Part shown: positions 42,711-53,598 of the stretch, piece by piece
How the letters are laid out: each line of letters begins with the position of its first letter
Numbering within the stretch: position 1 is the first letter of the stretch
Source: Chloropicon primus
Taxonomy: Eukaryota
DNA: 64,000 nucleotides
Assembly: GCA_023205875.1 (NCBI GenBank)
Contig: CP060765.1
Coordinates: forward strand, 62,001-126,000
Reading direction: 5' to 3'
Notes under the pieces: generated by a model
Databases searched by the model: none
What the model saw: the letters and a program-made list of their open reading frames with translations, nothing else
What the model was told of the DNA's origin: nothing
Made by a program: the position numbers and the translations under genes

Positions 42711-43514
42711 CTAAGACTCGTAGTACCTCACGGAGGTTCCGGTGCACTTTCCTTTGCCCTCGAATGTTCCAGAGCCCTCCATGGTGCCCTTGCCCTTGAG
42801 GGTGCCGCTGCCGATCAGCTTGCCCGACCCCTTGAGGGTGCCGCTGCCGCTGAGCGTGCCGTTGCCTCTGCACGTGCCTTGGCCCTGGAACTCCCCGGCC
42901 CCGATGAAGCTGGCGATGCCGCTGCCGAGGATGCTGAGCCCGCCGGCCTTGGGAGGCTTGGGCTGGTCGCCGCTCTGCTCGGTGACCCTCATGGCGTCGA
43001 TCGTGAGGTTCGTGGCCTGGGCCGCCTTGTTGGTGAAGACGACCTGGTTCCCCTCGTAGATGCCGTCCCCCTTAAAGGTTCCGGTCGGCGTGGAGAAGGT
43101 CCCCTTCCCGGTGATCGTGCCATTCCCGCTGAACTTGGCCTGGGAGGCCGCGGTCGGGACGACGAACGTCCCGCTGCCCTCGCACGTCCACTTGGCGGCG
43201 CCCTCGGGAGCCTTGAAGGTTCCCCCGGAAATGAAGTAGATCCCCTCGCCCTGGAAGGTTCCCCCCTCGCTCATGAACTCGCCCTCGCCCTCGTACGTCG
43301 CCTCTCCGCTGAACTCGCCCTCCCCGTCGCACAGGGCCGACTCGATGCCGAAGGTCCCCTTGCCCTCGAAGGACTCGTCGAGGGTCGGCTTGGCGGGAGC
43401 ACCGCCACCGGGGGCGGGAGCCTTGGCCCCCGGCGGCGTCGGCGCCTGGGCGGCCACCAGGGACGCCCCCATCATCATCATCAACAGCACCCCCTTGCTC
43501 ATCATCATCGTCAT
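42711..43514 (-). CDS. Secreted Gly-rich protein with hexapeptide G-x-G-T-(F/L)-x repeats
   Basis: Hydrophobic signal peptide ending ASLVAA/QA, Pro-rich linker, many 6-residue repeats and strong GC3 bias. Confidence 0.8.
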   Translation of the reverse strand: MTMMMSKGVLLMMMMGASLVAAQAPTPPGAKAPAPGGGAPAKPTLDESFEGKGTFGIESALCDGEGEFSGEATYEGEGEFMSEGGTFQGEGIYFISGGTFKAPEGAAKWTCEGSGTFVVPTAASQAKFSGNGTITGKGTFSTPTGTFKGDGIYEGNQVVFTNKAAQATNLTIDAMRVTEQSGDQPKPPKAGGLSILGSGIASFIGAGEFQGQGTCRGNGTLSGSGTLKGSGKLIGSGTLKGKGTMEGSGTFEGKGKCTGTSVRYYES

Positions 43515-44057
43515 CCCTTCTCCCTCAACTCCTCTGCTTCGTAACGCACGCACGCACGCACGCTTTGGAGAGATCCGTCGGTTACGAAAAAAAACTTCCG
43601 GTTTGGGAACCGTCGAAGGAGGTCCTAATGGGGTGATCAGCCTCAATCAATCGCCGTTCTCGAGCCGCAGTCGTCGCCGATGTCGCCGAGCAGAATGATC
43701 GATCACCGATGCCGATGGCTCTCCTCCCAAAAACATCTCGGCCTCTTCCAATTCATCCAGGGTCAACGCTGCCCAAATTTCAATTGTCCAGCGAGAGAAG
43801 AGGACGCGCAATGGGAACAACGAGGACGATCGGCAAGAGGGCGAGCGTCGGTAACGAATTGGAGGGCGCCATTCGACGCCTCGCCTTGAGAGCTTTCCGA
43901 ATTGCCCTCGCTTGTCGTTATTCCTTCGAGTGTGGAGGAAGTTCTGAGCCGCTCAATAGGAAGAGCGTTAACGTCTTCCCTCGCACAACCGCATCGAGGC
44001 CGTGTGCGAGACGGTCTCCGTCTCCCCACGCGAGAACAGAGAACAGAGAGGGAGACA

Positions 44058-44123
44058 GATGGTGATGGTGATGGTGATGGTGATGGTGATGGTGATGGTG
44101 ATGGTGATGGTGATGATGGTGGT
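44058..44123. repeat. (GATGGT)n microsatellite
   Basis: Directly visible. Confidence 0.9.
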
Positions 44124-44380
44124 GCACGGGCATCAATCCAATCCTCCTAATCCTTTCAAGCAAGTTGTACTTCTTTTCCATCATCATCATCTCCTTTTTC
44201 TTCTTCTTCTTCTCGCCCCCGGAGGAAGAGCACGGGACTGTTGTGGTGGTGGTGGTGTGGGTGTGGGTGGGTGTCGGGGGTGATCTAGCAATTCGTGAAT
44301 TAATACCACTAAAATGAATAATACCAAGACGGAACCAACAAGAGGCCTGCCCCTGGTTCCGCTCCTCCCCCTCTCCTCTC

Positions 44381-44417
<37 letters not shown>

Positions 44418-44543
44418 TCTCAAGGAGAGGGACGTCTGGGGGGTTGCCAGACTGCGCCACTCCGCCGCTCTCTCCCTCTCTCTCTCGATCCGCGCGCCGC
44501 TTCCAGAAGCGCAAACGAGGACCCTCCCCGGTCTCTAGCGATG

Positions 44544-45334
44544 TCAAGTGGGATTCGTCGACGGGGTTGGTGCAGAGGTGAGCGGGGACTCTCCCTGCGC
44601 CTCCTGCTTGGCGATCTCCTGTCCTATCCGGTTGAAGCGACCAATCTTTCGAGCAGAGCACGCGGTGAGAAACGAAAAGGAAGACCGTCAGCACCAGCAG
44701 TCAAAGCAATCCAAGAGCGAGCAAGTCCACCAGCACATCGGGAAAGGGGAAAGACAGAGCCCGAGCCGTGGTCCCTTTCCCTTTCCCTTGGAAGAAAGAT
44801 GGGAAGATCGTCACAGGGAAAGGAAAGGGAAATTCGTCCCCTCGCTTACCTCCTTGCGGTGGTGGAGGCACTCAAAGTAATCCTCCCTCAGCTCCGCACA
44901 CTTGGACGGCTGATCCGTCTCCATCATGCACTGTGCCAAAAAAAAACAGAAAGAAAAGAGAGGAGAAAGGTTGTCGCTCCTTTGTCAGAATGGAATGGAA
45001 CACGAGCTGAGCCGAGCCGCGAGGCTTCACTTACCCCGTAGAAGTCCATCCATATCGGATAGCAACTGCCAAGTCGAAACCAAAAACGCCAACGCCAACA
45101 ACAACAACAAGAGCAAAAAGGGTTTGCGTTTGTCAGGAAATGAAAATGAAAATGAAATTGGTTTCTTTCGTCTCCTCTCCGCGGTGCGTGGAGGGGCGAC
45201 GAGGGGCGAGGGTTCCGCCCCGTCAGGGAATTCTTCGTTCTGTTCGACGAGTGCTTCCTCCCTCCCTCTCTCTCTCTCTCCTTCCCGCGGACTTACCGCC
45301 CCTGTTGACCCGTGATACCGAACCCCGACGCCAT
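44544..45334 (-). CDS. NDUFS5: Mitochondrial complex I 15-kDa subunit (twin CX9C); exons 45334-45297, 45065-45035, 44930-44850, 44645-44544; 83 aa
   Basis: Spliced product [57 protein letters not shown] matches the plant/algal NDUFS5 pattern. Three canonical introns. Confidence 0.92.
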
Positions 45335-45806
45335 CGTGCTCTCCTCTCTGGTTTGAGAAGTTCAAGGCAGGGGAGGCCAAGATGATGGAGGCCAAGGCAA
45401 GGGGGGGGAATGAATGTTCATGTTCGGTGATGGTCCCTTCCCATTGGTTTGGTTTGCTCTGTTGCCATTCCTCCTTTCTCCCTTGGTCTTCCTCTTGCTC
45501 AAGGAGTCATCACTTCTTGAGGGGAGGAAAGGGAAACCACCCACAACAGGGAGGGTAGAGTAGAGTGCTTGATCGATGCATCATGCCATGGTGGCCTCTA
45601 CACGACACTGGAGAGGAAAACGGTGCGATTGGCGAGGACCTGCTTCGCTCAGTAACCTCCAAGGCGGGTGGGTGGGGGTGGGTGGTAGGACTTGTCGACC
45701 GATGAGGTGCTGAATCATGGATGATGATGCTGAAATAAAACTAGAATTGATGGATTGCGTGCGCGTGCGTGCGTGTGCTTTTGGTTATGCGCCCAGGCCT
45801 TTCTTT

Positions 45807-48272
45807 CTACTCCCCCCGGGATCCCTTCTCCCGGGTTTTGGGGAGGTCCTCGAAGAATTGCCTGGAGTTCTCGTCGAAATCGCCGAGGTCCTTGCCGTTC
45901 TCCTTGCAGCAGTACAGTGCGCTCTCCTTGACGGCGTCGTGGACCCTCACGAAGAGGTTGGAGTCGTGGGAGCCGTAGTACAAGTTCTCCCGATCCCTCA
46001 GGGTACTCGAATCGTCCTCCAGCTCCTCGGGGAAGGCGCGGAGGTTGCCGGCGACCCCCTCCCCCGGGTTAAGCATCGCCCATACCTTGCGGTCGTGCTG
46101 CAAGGACCTCACCACCTGCTGGTTCGGGTTTGCGATCATAAACTTGAGGTTCCTGTTCTCCACGAAGTCTTCCATCATCTCATTGAGGGCGTGCATGGCC
46201 GTGGCGTCGACGTGGCTCACCGGACTCATCTCCATGATGACGACCTTGACCGTCTGGCCAAGCCGCTCGTGCTTCTCCACAAAGTACTCGAACATCTCCC
46301 TCACGTAACTGCAGTTGGCGAAATAAATCGGGGCGCCCACCCGAAGGATCACGACCGAGGGCAACCTCTTGGCGTGGGGGTACTGCTTCAGGCTCCTGTA
46401 CACGGTGGTCCCCTGCAGACGGCCGAGCTCCACGATCGGGGGGAAGGCGGACTCGTAAATGACGAAGAGCAGCGCGAGGCCGATGGCGATCGCCAGACCC
46501 AGCTCCGCGCCAAGGAACAGGGTGCCGAGGAAGGACGCCATCCAGACCAAGAAGTCCACTTTGTTCATCCGGAAGAGGTAAAGGGCCTCCTCAAAGTCCA
46601 GAAGACCCAAGACCCCGGATATCACGATGGCTCCCAGGCCGCTCATGGGCATGTAGTAGAACGGTTTGGTGATGAAGAGCACCGTGACCAGGACGATGAC
46701 CGCAGTAACGCACCCACCGAGCTGCGTCTTGCACCCGGTGTCGTTGCTCACGGCGGATCTGGAGAAGGATCCCGTCGCCGGGTAAGCGCTGAACCCCGCG
46801 CCCACGAGATTGGACATGCCGAGGGCCCTGAGCTCCTGGTTAGGGTAGAGGTGGTACTTGTTCTTCGCCGCGAGCCTCTTGGCGATCGACACGCTCTCCA
46901 GCAGGCCGACGATAGCGCAGGAGAACGAGGTGGTGATGAAGCTGACCTCCGAGGACAGGGGAAAGATTTTGCCGTACGTGACGTCAGGGAACCCTCCCTT
47001 GAACTTGCCCACGAGGGGGATCCCGTACGTGTCGAGCCTCGCCCCGTAGCAGATGGCGATCCCGAGGACCGAGACGGTCAGGGGGCCCACCGTCCTGAGC
47101 CACTTGAGGGGGCTCCTGCTGTCCGCCCTCTTCCCCGTCTCCTTCATGGCTACAAGAATCGCGAGGAAGGAGAGGCCCATGACCAGGACCCTCCAGTCAA
47201 AAGTGCCCCCGGCCTTAGAGTAGGCCTTGATCATGTCCTGCAGGGTCCCCTTGGCGTTCCCGGCCTTGATTCCGATCACGTGCTTGAGTTGGGACAACCC
47301 GATGAGGATGGCGCTGCCGTGCGTGAAGCCCAGGATCACCGAGTGGGACAAAAAGTTGGTCAAGAAGCCGAGCCGGAGCAGGCCCATCACGACCTCGATG
47401 AGGCCCACCACGAAGGTGATCTGCACCGCCATCAAGTTGTACTGCTGCTGGGCCTCGAGCTGGTCGTCGCCCTGGGGGTTGTTCGGGTCCTGGATCGCCA
47501 GGGACGCTGGGATCGCCTTGTGCAGCCCCTCCTTCATGAGCAGGGACACGATGGCGACCGGGCCCACCGCGAGCTGCCTCGAGCTCCCGAAGACAGCGTA
47601 CACGAACACGGGGAGGAGCGCGGTGTACAGCCCGAACTCGCTCGGCAGGCCGGCGAGGGCGGCGTAAGAGATCGACTGGGGCACCACCATCATGGCCACG
47701 CTGAGCCCGGCGATGATGTCCGCCGCGAGGAAGGACCTCACCTTGTACGTCCTCAGCCAAGCCACGCAGGGCAGCACGAGCTGGATCCAGAACACCGCCA
47801 TGGCCCCCCTCCGCTTCTTCTTCTTCTCGCCCTCGTCCTCGTCCTCCGAGTCCGCGCCGTACGCCGGGTTGTCCACGAAGAACCTGTGGAGCTTCTTCCT
47901 GATCTGCTGCGTCCCCCTCGCGAGGCTCTGCTTGGAGAACCGCTTGACCTCGCTGGCGAAGAGGACGGCCTCGCTGGGGGACTTCGTCTCGCCGTCCTCG
48001 AGGCGGCCCTGGAGGGCCTCGTCCTCGGTCGCGGGCCCCGCTCGCGAGCCGAACAGGGCCCTCCTCGACGACGAGGACTCCTGCTGAGGCTGCTCCACGT
48101 CCGGAGGTGGCTTCGTCGTCGTCGTCGGAGGCACCTTCGCCGCGGACCCCGGAGGCGTCGTCACGTCGTGCTCCTTGGGCACGTGCCACCTCCTCCTGAC
48201 CTGCGAGGACCCAACGGCGTTGGCGTAGTCCCCTCCCCCGCCCTCCTCGTCGCTGCTCACGACGCCCGCCAT
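45807..48272 (-). CDS. SULTR: SLC26/SulP sulfate transporter with STAS domain
   Basis: DIIAGLSVAMMVVPQSISYA.LAGLP, GSSRQLAVGP, NQEL.ALG, TGSFSRSAV, and STAS APIYFAN...SHVDATA. Confidence 0.95.
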   Translation of the reverse strand: MAGVVSSDEEGGGGDYANAVGSSQVRRRWHVPKEHDVTTPPGSAAKVPPTTTTKPPPDVEQPQQESSSSRRALFGSRAGPATEDEALQGRLEDGETKSPSEAVLFASEVKRFSKQSLARGTQQIRKKLHRFFVDNPAYGADSEDEDEGEKKKKRRGAMAVFWIQLVLPCVAWLRTYKVRSFLAADIIAGLSVAMMVVPQSISYAALAGLPSEFGLYTALLPVFVYAVFGSSRQLAVGPVAIVSLLMKEGLHKAIPASLAIQDPNNPQGDDQLEAQQQYNLMAVQITFVVGLIEVVMGLLRLGFLTNFLSHSVILGFTHGSAILIGLSQLKHVIGIKAGNAKGTLQDMIKAYSKAGGTFDWRVLVMGLSFLAILVAMKETGKRADSRSPLKWLRTVGPLTVSVLGIAICYGARLDTYGIPLVGKFKGGFPDVTYGKIFPLSSEVSFITTSFSCAIVGLLESVSIAKRLAAKNKYHLYPNQELRALGMSNLVGAGFSAYPATGSFSRSAVSNDTGCKTQLGGCVTAVIVLVTVLFITKPFYYMPMSGLGAIVISGVLGLLDFEEALYLFRMNKVDFLVWMASFLGTLFLGAELGLAIAIGLALLFVIYESAFPPIVELGRLQGTTVYRSLKQYPHAKRLPSVVILRVGAPIYFANCSYVREMFEYFVEKHERLGQTVKVVIMEMSPVSHVDATAMHALNEMMEDFVENRNLKFMIANPNQQVVRSLQHDRKVWAMLNPGEGVAGNLRAFPEELEDDSSTLRDRENLYYGSHDSNLFVRVHDAVKESALYCCKENGKDLGDFDENSRQFFEDLPKTREKGSRGE

Positions 48273-48567
48273 GGCGACGACGCGAGGACGACAATCGCGT
48301 GCGTTACAGACGTTACGGATAAGGAGTGAAGAAGAGGCTGAGGATGCGGGTCCGCGTGCTCACCGAGCGCTCTGTGGGTCAAAACCGTCCACGAAGGCAC
48401 CAATCGAAAGATCTCGAGACGAATCTTCGCTTGGTTCTCCTTCTGTGGCGAGGAACTCCATCCCAAGTGGACGAAAACGCGACGAAAGCCAAAGGGTCTC
48501 CCTCTCTCTCTTCGGCTAGCCGCCCCACAAAACGTTTTTCTGTCTCTCAATTTATGATTCTTCCTAG

Positions 48568-48800
48568 GACATTACTTTAGCTCTAAGTGAACGTCCCTCG
48601 TGGAATATTGTGTCTACTAGAACGTCTCAAGTAAAATATTACGGTATATATATCGTCTCGTGTCGTAATATTCGGGTAAACGACGTTACCTTCACGTGGA
48701 CATTCCCTTTGGGTCCTATGAATCTCTCGTGAAGCATATTGTTTCCATGAGAACGTCTCGTGTAGAATATATTAGTTTATCTATCGTCTTGTCTCATATT
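48568..48800. promoter_or_regulatory. AT-rich array of ~7 degenerate ~31-bp units (AACGTCTCGTG...AATATT) in the SULTR/NF-YA divergent promoter
   Basis: CGTC cores at 48592, 48623, 48654, 48754 and 48785; (A/C)ATATT or GACATT ends at 48609, 48640, 48672, 48704, 48740 and 48800. Confidence 0.55.
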
Positions 48801-49308
48801 GTTCGTTTTGTTGTCGTTAGAGAGTGTGTGCGTCCGTCCGTCACGCTATCCGGAACGCAGCCAATCAGCGGCGCGGATGACGCCAGGGCATCAATTCACG
48901 AAGGGGGGTCGAGTGCTTTGCTTTTTACGAGGACGACGAGGACGACAACCCTTTGGAAGAAAGGGACAATACCTTGCCGCTTGGAATACCCTCCAGCTGG
49001 ATTCCTCTCCTCGAAACCTTTCCGTAGATACCAAGGTCGACGTGGTTCGTTGGGTTCATTCCTCATTCATTCATTCATTCATTCATTCCGTCACTGGGCA
49101 TCGCAATAAGCAATAACATCGCAAAGCAAACGAGGCGAGGAGGACAAAAGTGAAGGGTTCAACGCATCGCGGCGTCGAAGTCTCGCTGCCATCTCTCTCT
49201 CCTCGTTCTTCTTCTTCTTCTTCTTCTTCTTCGCGTTGTCGAGGAGAGAAAAGCATTCAAGCACGAAGGAGCAGGCAGGAGTTTTGCATTCAGATTTTGG
49301 ACAGGAGG

Positions 49309-50178
49309 ATGGCGACGGTGGTGAATCCGAACGAGAGCATGGACGGAGGGCGTCCGATAAAGTTGGAGAAGGGGGCGCTTGAAGCGGCGTGCACGTCTGG
49401 AGGCGTGGGGAACGGGGGAGGGGCGGCCGTGGCGGCCGTGGCGGTGGTGGAGAACAACACGACGACCACGACGACCACGACGACGACCACGACGACCACG
49501 GCGAACGGCAACGGGTCCACCACCAACGCGTTGGGGACCACCAAGGAGCAAGGACCTGGCGTGCACTTTAGTCCGGCGTATGGATCGGCGCTCGGGGCCC
49601 ATGGATTCCCGGCAGGAGGCCCTTACGGGCAGGCTGGGCTGATTCCGCCACCGCACCCGCACCACGCGATGCCTTTGTTGCAGCACCCGGGCCCCCACAA
49701 CTTTCTGCTGGCGAGCCAGACGAGGCCGATCCTGCCCCCGGTGGGGAACATCCAGAGCCTCGTGGGGGGCATGCAGAACGGAGGAGAGGACGGGAAGCAG
49801 CAGGCGAAGAAGCCGGCCGAGCAGTCCGGTGGCGTGAACGGAGGGGCCACGGGCTCGTCGTCGGGCGCCCCGCCGGGACTTGCAGCGGGCCAAGCCCAGC
49901 AGGCCGTGGATGAGGAGGAGCCCCTGTACGTGAACGCGAAGCAGTACCACTGCATACTGAGGCGGAGGGCCCAGAGGGCCAAGCTCGAGGCCAAGTACGC
50001 CATGGTGAAAAGGAAGCGATACTTGCACGAGAGCAGACACCAGCACGCGTGCAGGAGGCAGAGGGGCGCGGGCGGCCGATTCTTGCCGAAGAACGGGGTG
50101 AAGAAGACTGAAACGGGCAAGAAGGGGGGAAAGAAGGACAAGGAGAAGGCCAACGGCGCTTCTTCCGCAAGCAAATAA
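49309..50178 (+). CDS. NF-YA: Nuclear transcription factor Y subunit A (HAP2)
   Basis: [25 protein letters not shown]...[24 protein letters not shown]. Confidence 0.95.
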   Translation: MATVVNPNESMDGGRPIKLEKGALEAACTSGGVGNGGGAAVAAVAVVENNTTTTTTTTTTTTTTANGNGSTTNALGTTKEQGPGVHFSPAYGSALGAHGFPAGGPYGQAGLIPPPHPHHAMPLLQHPGPHNFLLASQTRPILPPVGNIQSLVGGMQNGGEDGKQQAKKPAEQSGGVNGGATGSSSGAPPGLAAGQAQQAVDEEEPLYVNAKQYHCILRRRAQRAKLEAKYAMVKRKRYLHESRHQHACRRQRGAGGRFLPKNGVKKTETGKKGGKKDKEKANGASSASK

Positions 50179-50837
50179 GGCTTTCAGCCAACAACAACAG
50201 ACGAACCAGCAGAAAGGCAAACGCAATTTTTGATCCGATGTCTACGGGTCGGCCGGTCCTTCTTGGAAGCAAACAAAAAGATTCTTTTCACTTAGGATAA
50301 AGTCAACACACATTCATCGTACTCTAGCAGACCTAGCATTTTATAGCAGACCGCACGCACACACACACACGCGCGCGCGCGCGCGCGCTCTCGACGGTGG
50401 TCGTTTGCCCCTCGTCGTCGCCATCCATCATCGCCTTTCCTCACCCACCTTGGCAAGCGAGGGGGTCTCCTTTGTGAAAAGGAGAAGGAGAAGGAGGAGG
50501 AGGAGGAGAAGGAGAAGGAGACACCACCTTCCACCATACCACCATCCCCTCCAATCTTCCTCTCAACCATCATCATCAAAGCACACCACCATCACCATCA
50601 CCATCATCATCACCATCTCTCTGTCCAGCAAAACTGCAAGCGCCGAGGAGCTGAAGGAGCGAGCGCTCGGGAGGAAAAGGAATCAGACGACGACGAGGGA
50701 AAGAGGAGTGACGCGAAGGGCGACGCGTAACGCATCTTCATCGGCTTCTTCATCGGCTTGCGTTCTTTCTCGTCCTTTTTGGACGCCATTGGACACGGCT
50801 TTGACCTCTTGAAGCGGCGAGGCATTAGGCAGCCGCC

Positions 50838-52282
50838 ATGGACCTGATAGCGGAGTACTACGAGGATGGCGAGGACAAGAGCAAGGGAGGGGACGGAGAG
50901 GTGGACGAGGGGAGGGCCAAGGCGGGGATCAAGGGGCTGGAGGAGGTGAGGAGGGCTGAGACGGCCGAGGCGAGCTCCTCCTCGGAATATTATTCCTCCT
51001 CGAGTGAGTACTACTCGAGCTCGAGTGAGGGGGAGGAGGAGGGCGAGGAGGGGAAGGGGAAGGCGGAGGCGGAGGAGTGTGATAGCGAGAGCAGCACGAG
51101 CGCATCTGGAGTGGAGGGGGAGGAGGAGACGGCCCGAGCCGCGAGCATGATCGATTCCCTCTTGCAGTCCAAGGGCTGGGAGGCCTTGAACGAGGCCGGG
51201 AGCGACGACGAGGAGGGCGGGGCCGCAGGGGCTCCGCGGACCAAGAACGAAGTTGAGGCCGATGTGCCCCTGAAGCCGCTGGAGAGGGACCTCATCCAAG
51301 GCACGGACACCATGGTGGAGGTCGGCAAGGTAAGGACGACGGCCCAAAGCAAAGACGTCCTCTCACATCAATCATGGGTGATGGTGATGATGGTTTTGAT
51401 GTGACGGGTTCCACCCTTGCCGTCAGCGCACTGACCTGACCCCATGTGTACTGTTCTCTCTGACTCTGTCTCTCTCTCTCCCTGCCTCTGCCTCTCGCGA
51501 AGATCTCCTGCGTGGTGGAGAACACCGTGGTGGTCCAGTACGGAGGAGGCTGCAGCGTGTACGACATCGGCAGCGTTTTCTGCGTGGGCCAAGGAAACGA
51601 GCAGGGGGAGGAGCAGCAGGCCGAACCTGCTGCCGGAGTGGAGGGCGAGGGGGGGAACCTCCCGTGCAAGCTTGCAGCGAGCGACCACCTCGCCTCTCCT
51701 TTGGGCTACGTGGACGAGGTTTTCGGCCCCGTGAAGCAGCCCCTGTACTCCCTGAGGTGCGACAACGAGACCGTGGAGAAGCACTGCAAGGTAGGCACGC
51801 GCGTGTACGCGGTCGAGAGGCTGTCCAAGGTGGTGGTCGAGAGCAAGCTGTACACGAAGGGGTACGACAACTCTGGAAAGTTCGACGAGGAAGTCGCCCC
51901 GGAGGAGGACGACTTCAGCGACGACGAGAAGGAGATGGAGGTGAAACGGGGCAGGAGGCAAAGGAAAAGGAAGGTCGGGGGAAGGAGCAACCCGAAGCCT
52001 CCCAGGGGTGGGGACCACCACAACAAGGGCTACCGCCCGCCCCAGCAGCTCCACCACCACCACCAGGCCCCGGTGTACCCCTCCTACTACCAGCCTCCCC
52101 AGCACTTGTACCCCCAGCAGCCGCAGCAACCGTACCACCATTCGGTGGGTCCCGCGGCCATGCCTTACGGTGGCGCGATTCCCCCGTACCCCCAGCACCA
52201 GCAGCAAGGGGGCTCGAACCAGGCCCCGGGCGGATACAACAACAACAACAACAGCAACAATAACAACCTGTACCAACAATAA
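50838..52282 (+). CDS. NAF1: H/ACA RNP assembly factor NAF1; exons 50838-51329, 51503-52282
   Basis: PRTKNE, Gar1-like domain (LGYVDEVFGPVKQPLYSLR), KGYDNS...DEEV...FSDDEKE and a Pro/Gln-rich tail. Confidence 0.88.
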
Positions 52283-52445
52283 GAATCAATAAGCACAGAG
52301 GGTGGAGGGTGGCCGGCGCGGCGGTGGAGGGGAGTGTTGGTTGTTTAATCTACAAGCAAGCAAGCAAAGACTGTATGTCAGGTCAAGCAAGCTTTAGGAG
52401 AGAATTGTATAAGAACTGTAGATAGAAATATCACTCTGTGCCATC

Positions 52446-53160
52446 ATGGCCTTTTCTCAATCATCATCCCAAGACCGCCGCGTGCGTTACCAAGCCAAAT
52501 GTGCGTTACAAAGCCAAATGTGCGTTACCAAGTCTTCGAAGGCACACGTCGAGCCAGCGCAGTGTTTGTGTGGTGATGAGGCGTCCCGCGAGACAGAGAC
52601 GCTGGACACGCACCAGGTCGACGGCGGCGATGAACGCGGCGACGAGGGCCGCCGACGGTGGTGGTGCTGACAAGGGAGGAGGGTTGTTCCCAGGTGTCAT
52701 CGCCATGGACGTGGACGGAGAGTGTGTGCAGAGCTTCTCGACGGACTCTGCGACGATCAGATCATCGAAGAGGAGAGTGACAGTGAGGAGGATAGTGGTG
52801 GTGCGGGTTCGTCCTTTCAGCCTGAGCCAGCGTCAGCGCAGGTGACCATGATGAGAGGCAACGCACGTCCTATGAAGACCCGCAATGGAAAGAGAACGCT
52901 TCGGGATGCCATCTATTGCGTTCTTCAAGAGATGGGAGGGAGCTTGCGCGTCAAAGAGATCCTTGGCCGGACGAAGAAGTATGTGTTCAGGCGGAGAGAT
53001 GGCTCTGTTTCTACTGATGAAGAGAGCATGGGGATGTGTGTAATGCTGCTTGCATACGCAGCCCCCTCTTTGTTCGCACTGAACGCGGAAGATATGCCAT
53101 TAGCAAGGAATGCTTGAAGGGGTCCAATGCTCAAGATGCAGCCAGACCCTCAAGGAAATT
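52446..53160 (+). pseudogene. Frameshifted gene with an acidic region and a HARE-HTH-like winged helix
   Basis: TLRDAIYCVLQEMGGSLRVKEIL (one frame) and NAACIRSPLFVRTERGRYAI (another frame) look like two halves of one winged HTH. Further frame switches at ~52650 and ~52725. Confidence 0.5.
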
Positions 53161-53598
53161 CCTCTTGTGCATGACTTGGCGTTCAATGGTTGTCTCGAGT
53201 CGACGCCAAGGATGCAACCATCTCCCTCTTCAATTCTCTCTTGAAATGGGGGGCTATGCCCACCTTATGGCGCGATCCCCTTCCGGAACTCCCAACTTTG
53301 TCAGGATGTCCTCCCAGCATCATCATCCTCTTCTCCTAGTGTAGTGAAGCCCCCCTCCCTCCCTCCCTTATCTTGTCCATGGGATGCCTTCCCCTCCAAA
53401 AAAAACGTGTCGTCACAATCTGACAAATCTGCGGTCAGAAAAGCTTCTCTTAACTTTGGGGCGCCGGCCCCAGAGGTTGTTAAGGGTCCGATCCAATCCA
53501 ATTTCGATCAGACAGAACCACGAGAGCAGCAGCAACCGCTCCTCCTCCAGTTACTTACCTTACCACTACTATCACCACCACCGCTTGGTTCCTTCAGG

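Noticed and set aside
45717..48329. Long antisense ORFs (870 aa here; also 6827-8065, 31202-33097, 41078-42619 and others)
   Set aside because: Shadow ORFs caused by high GC3 codon bias on the opposite strand of well-identified genes.
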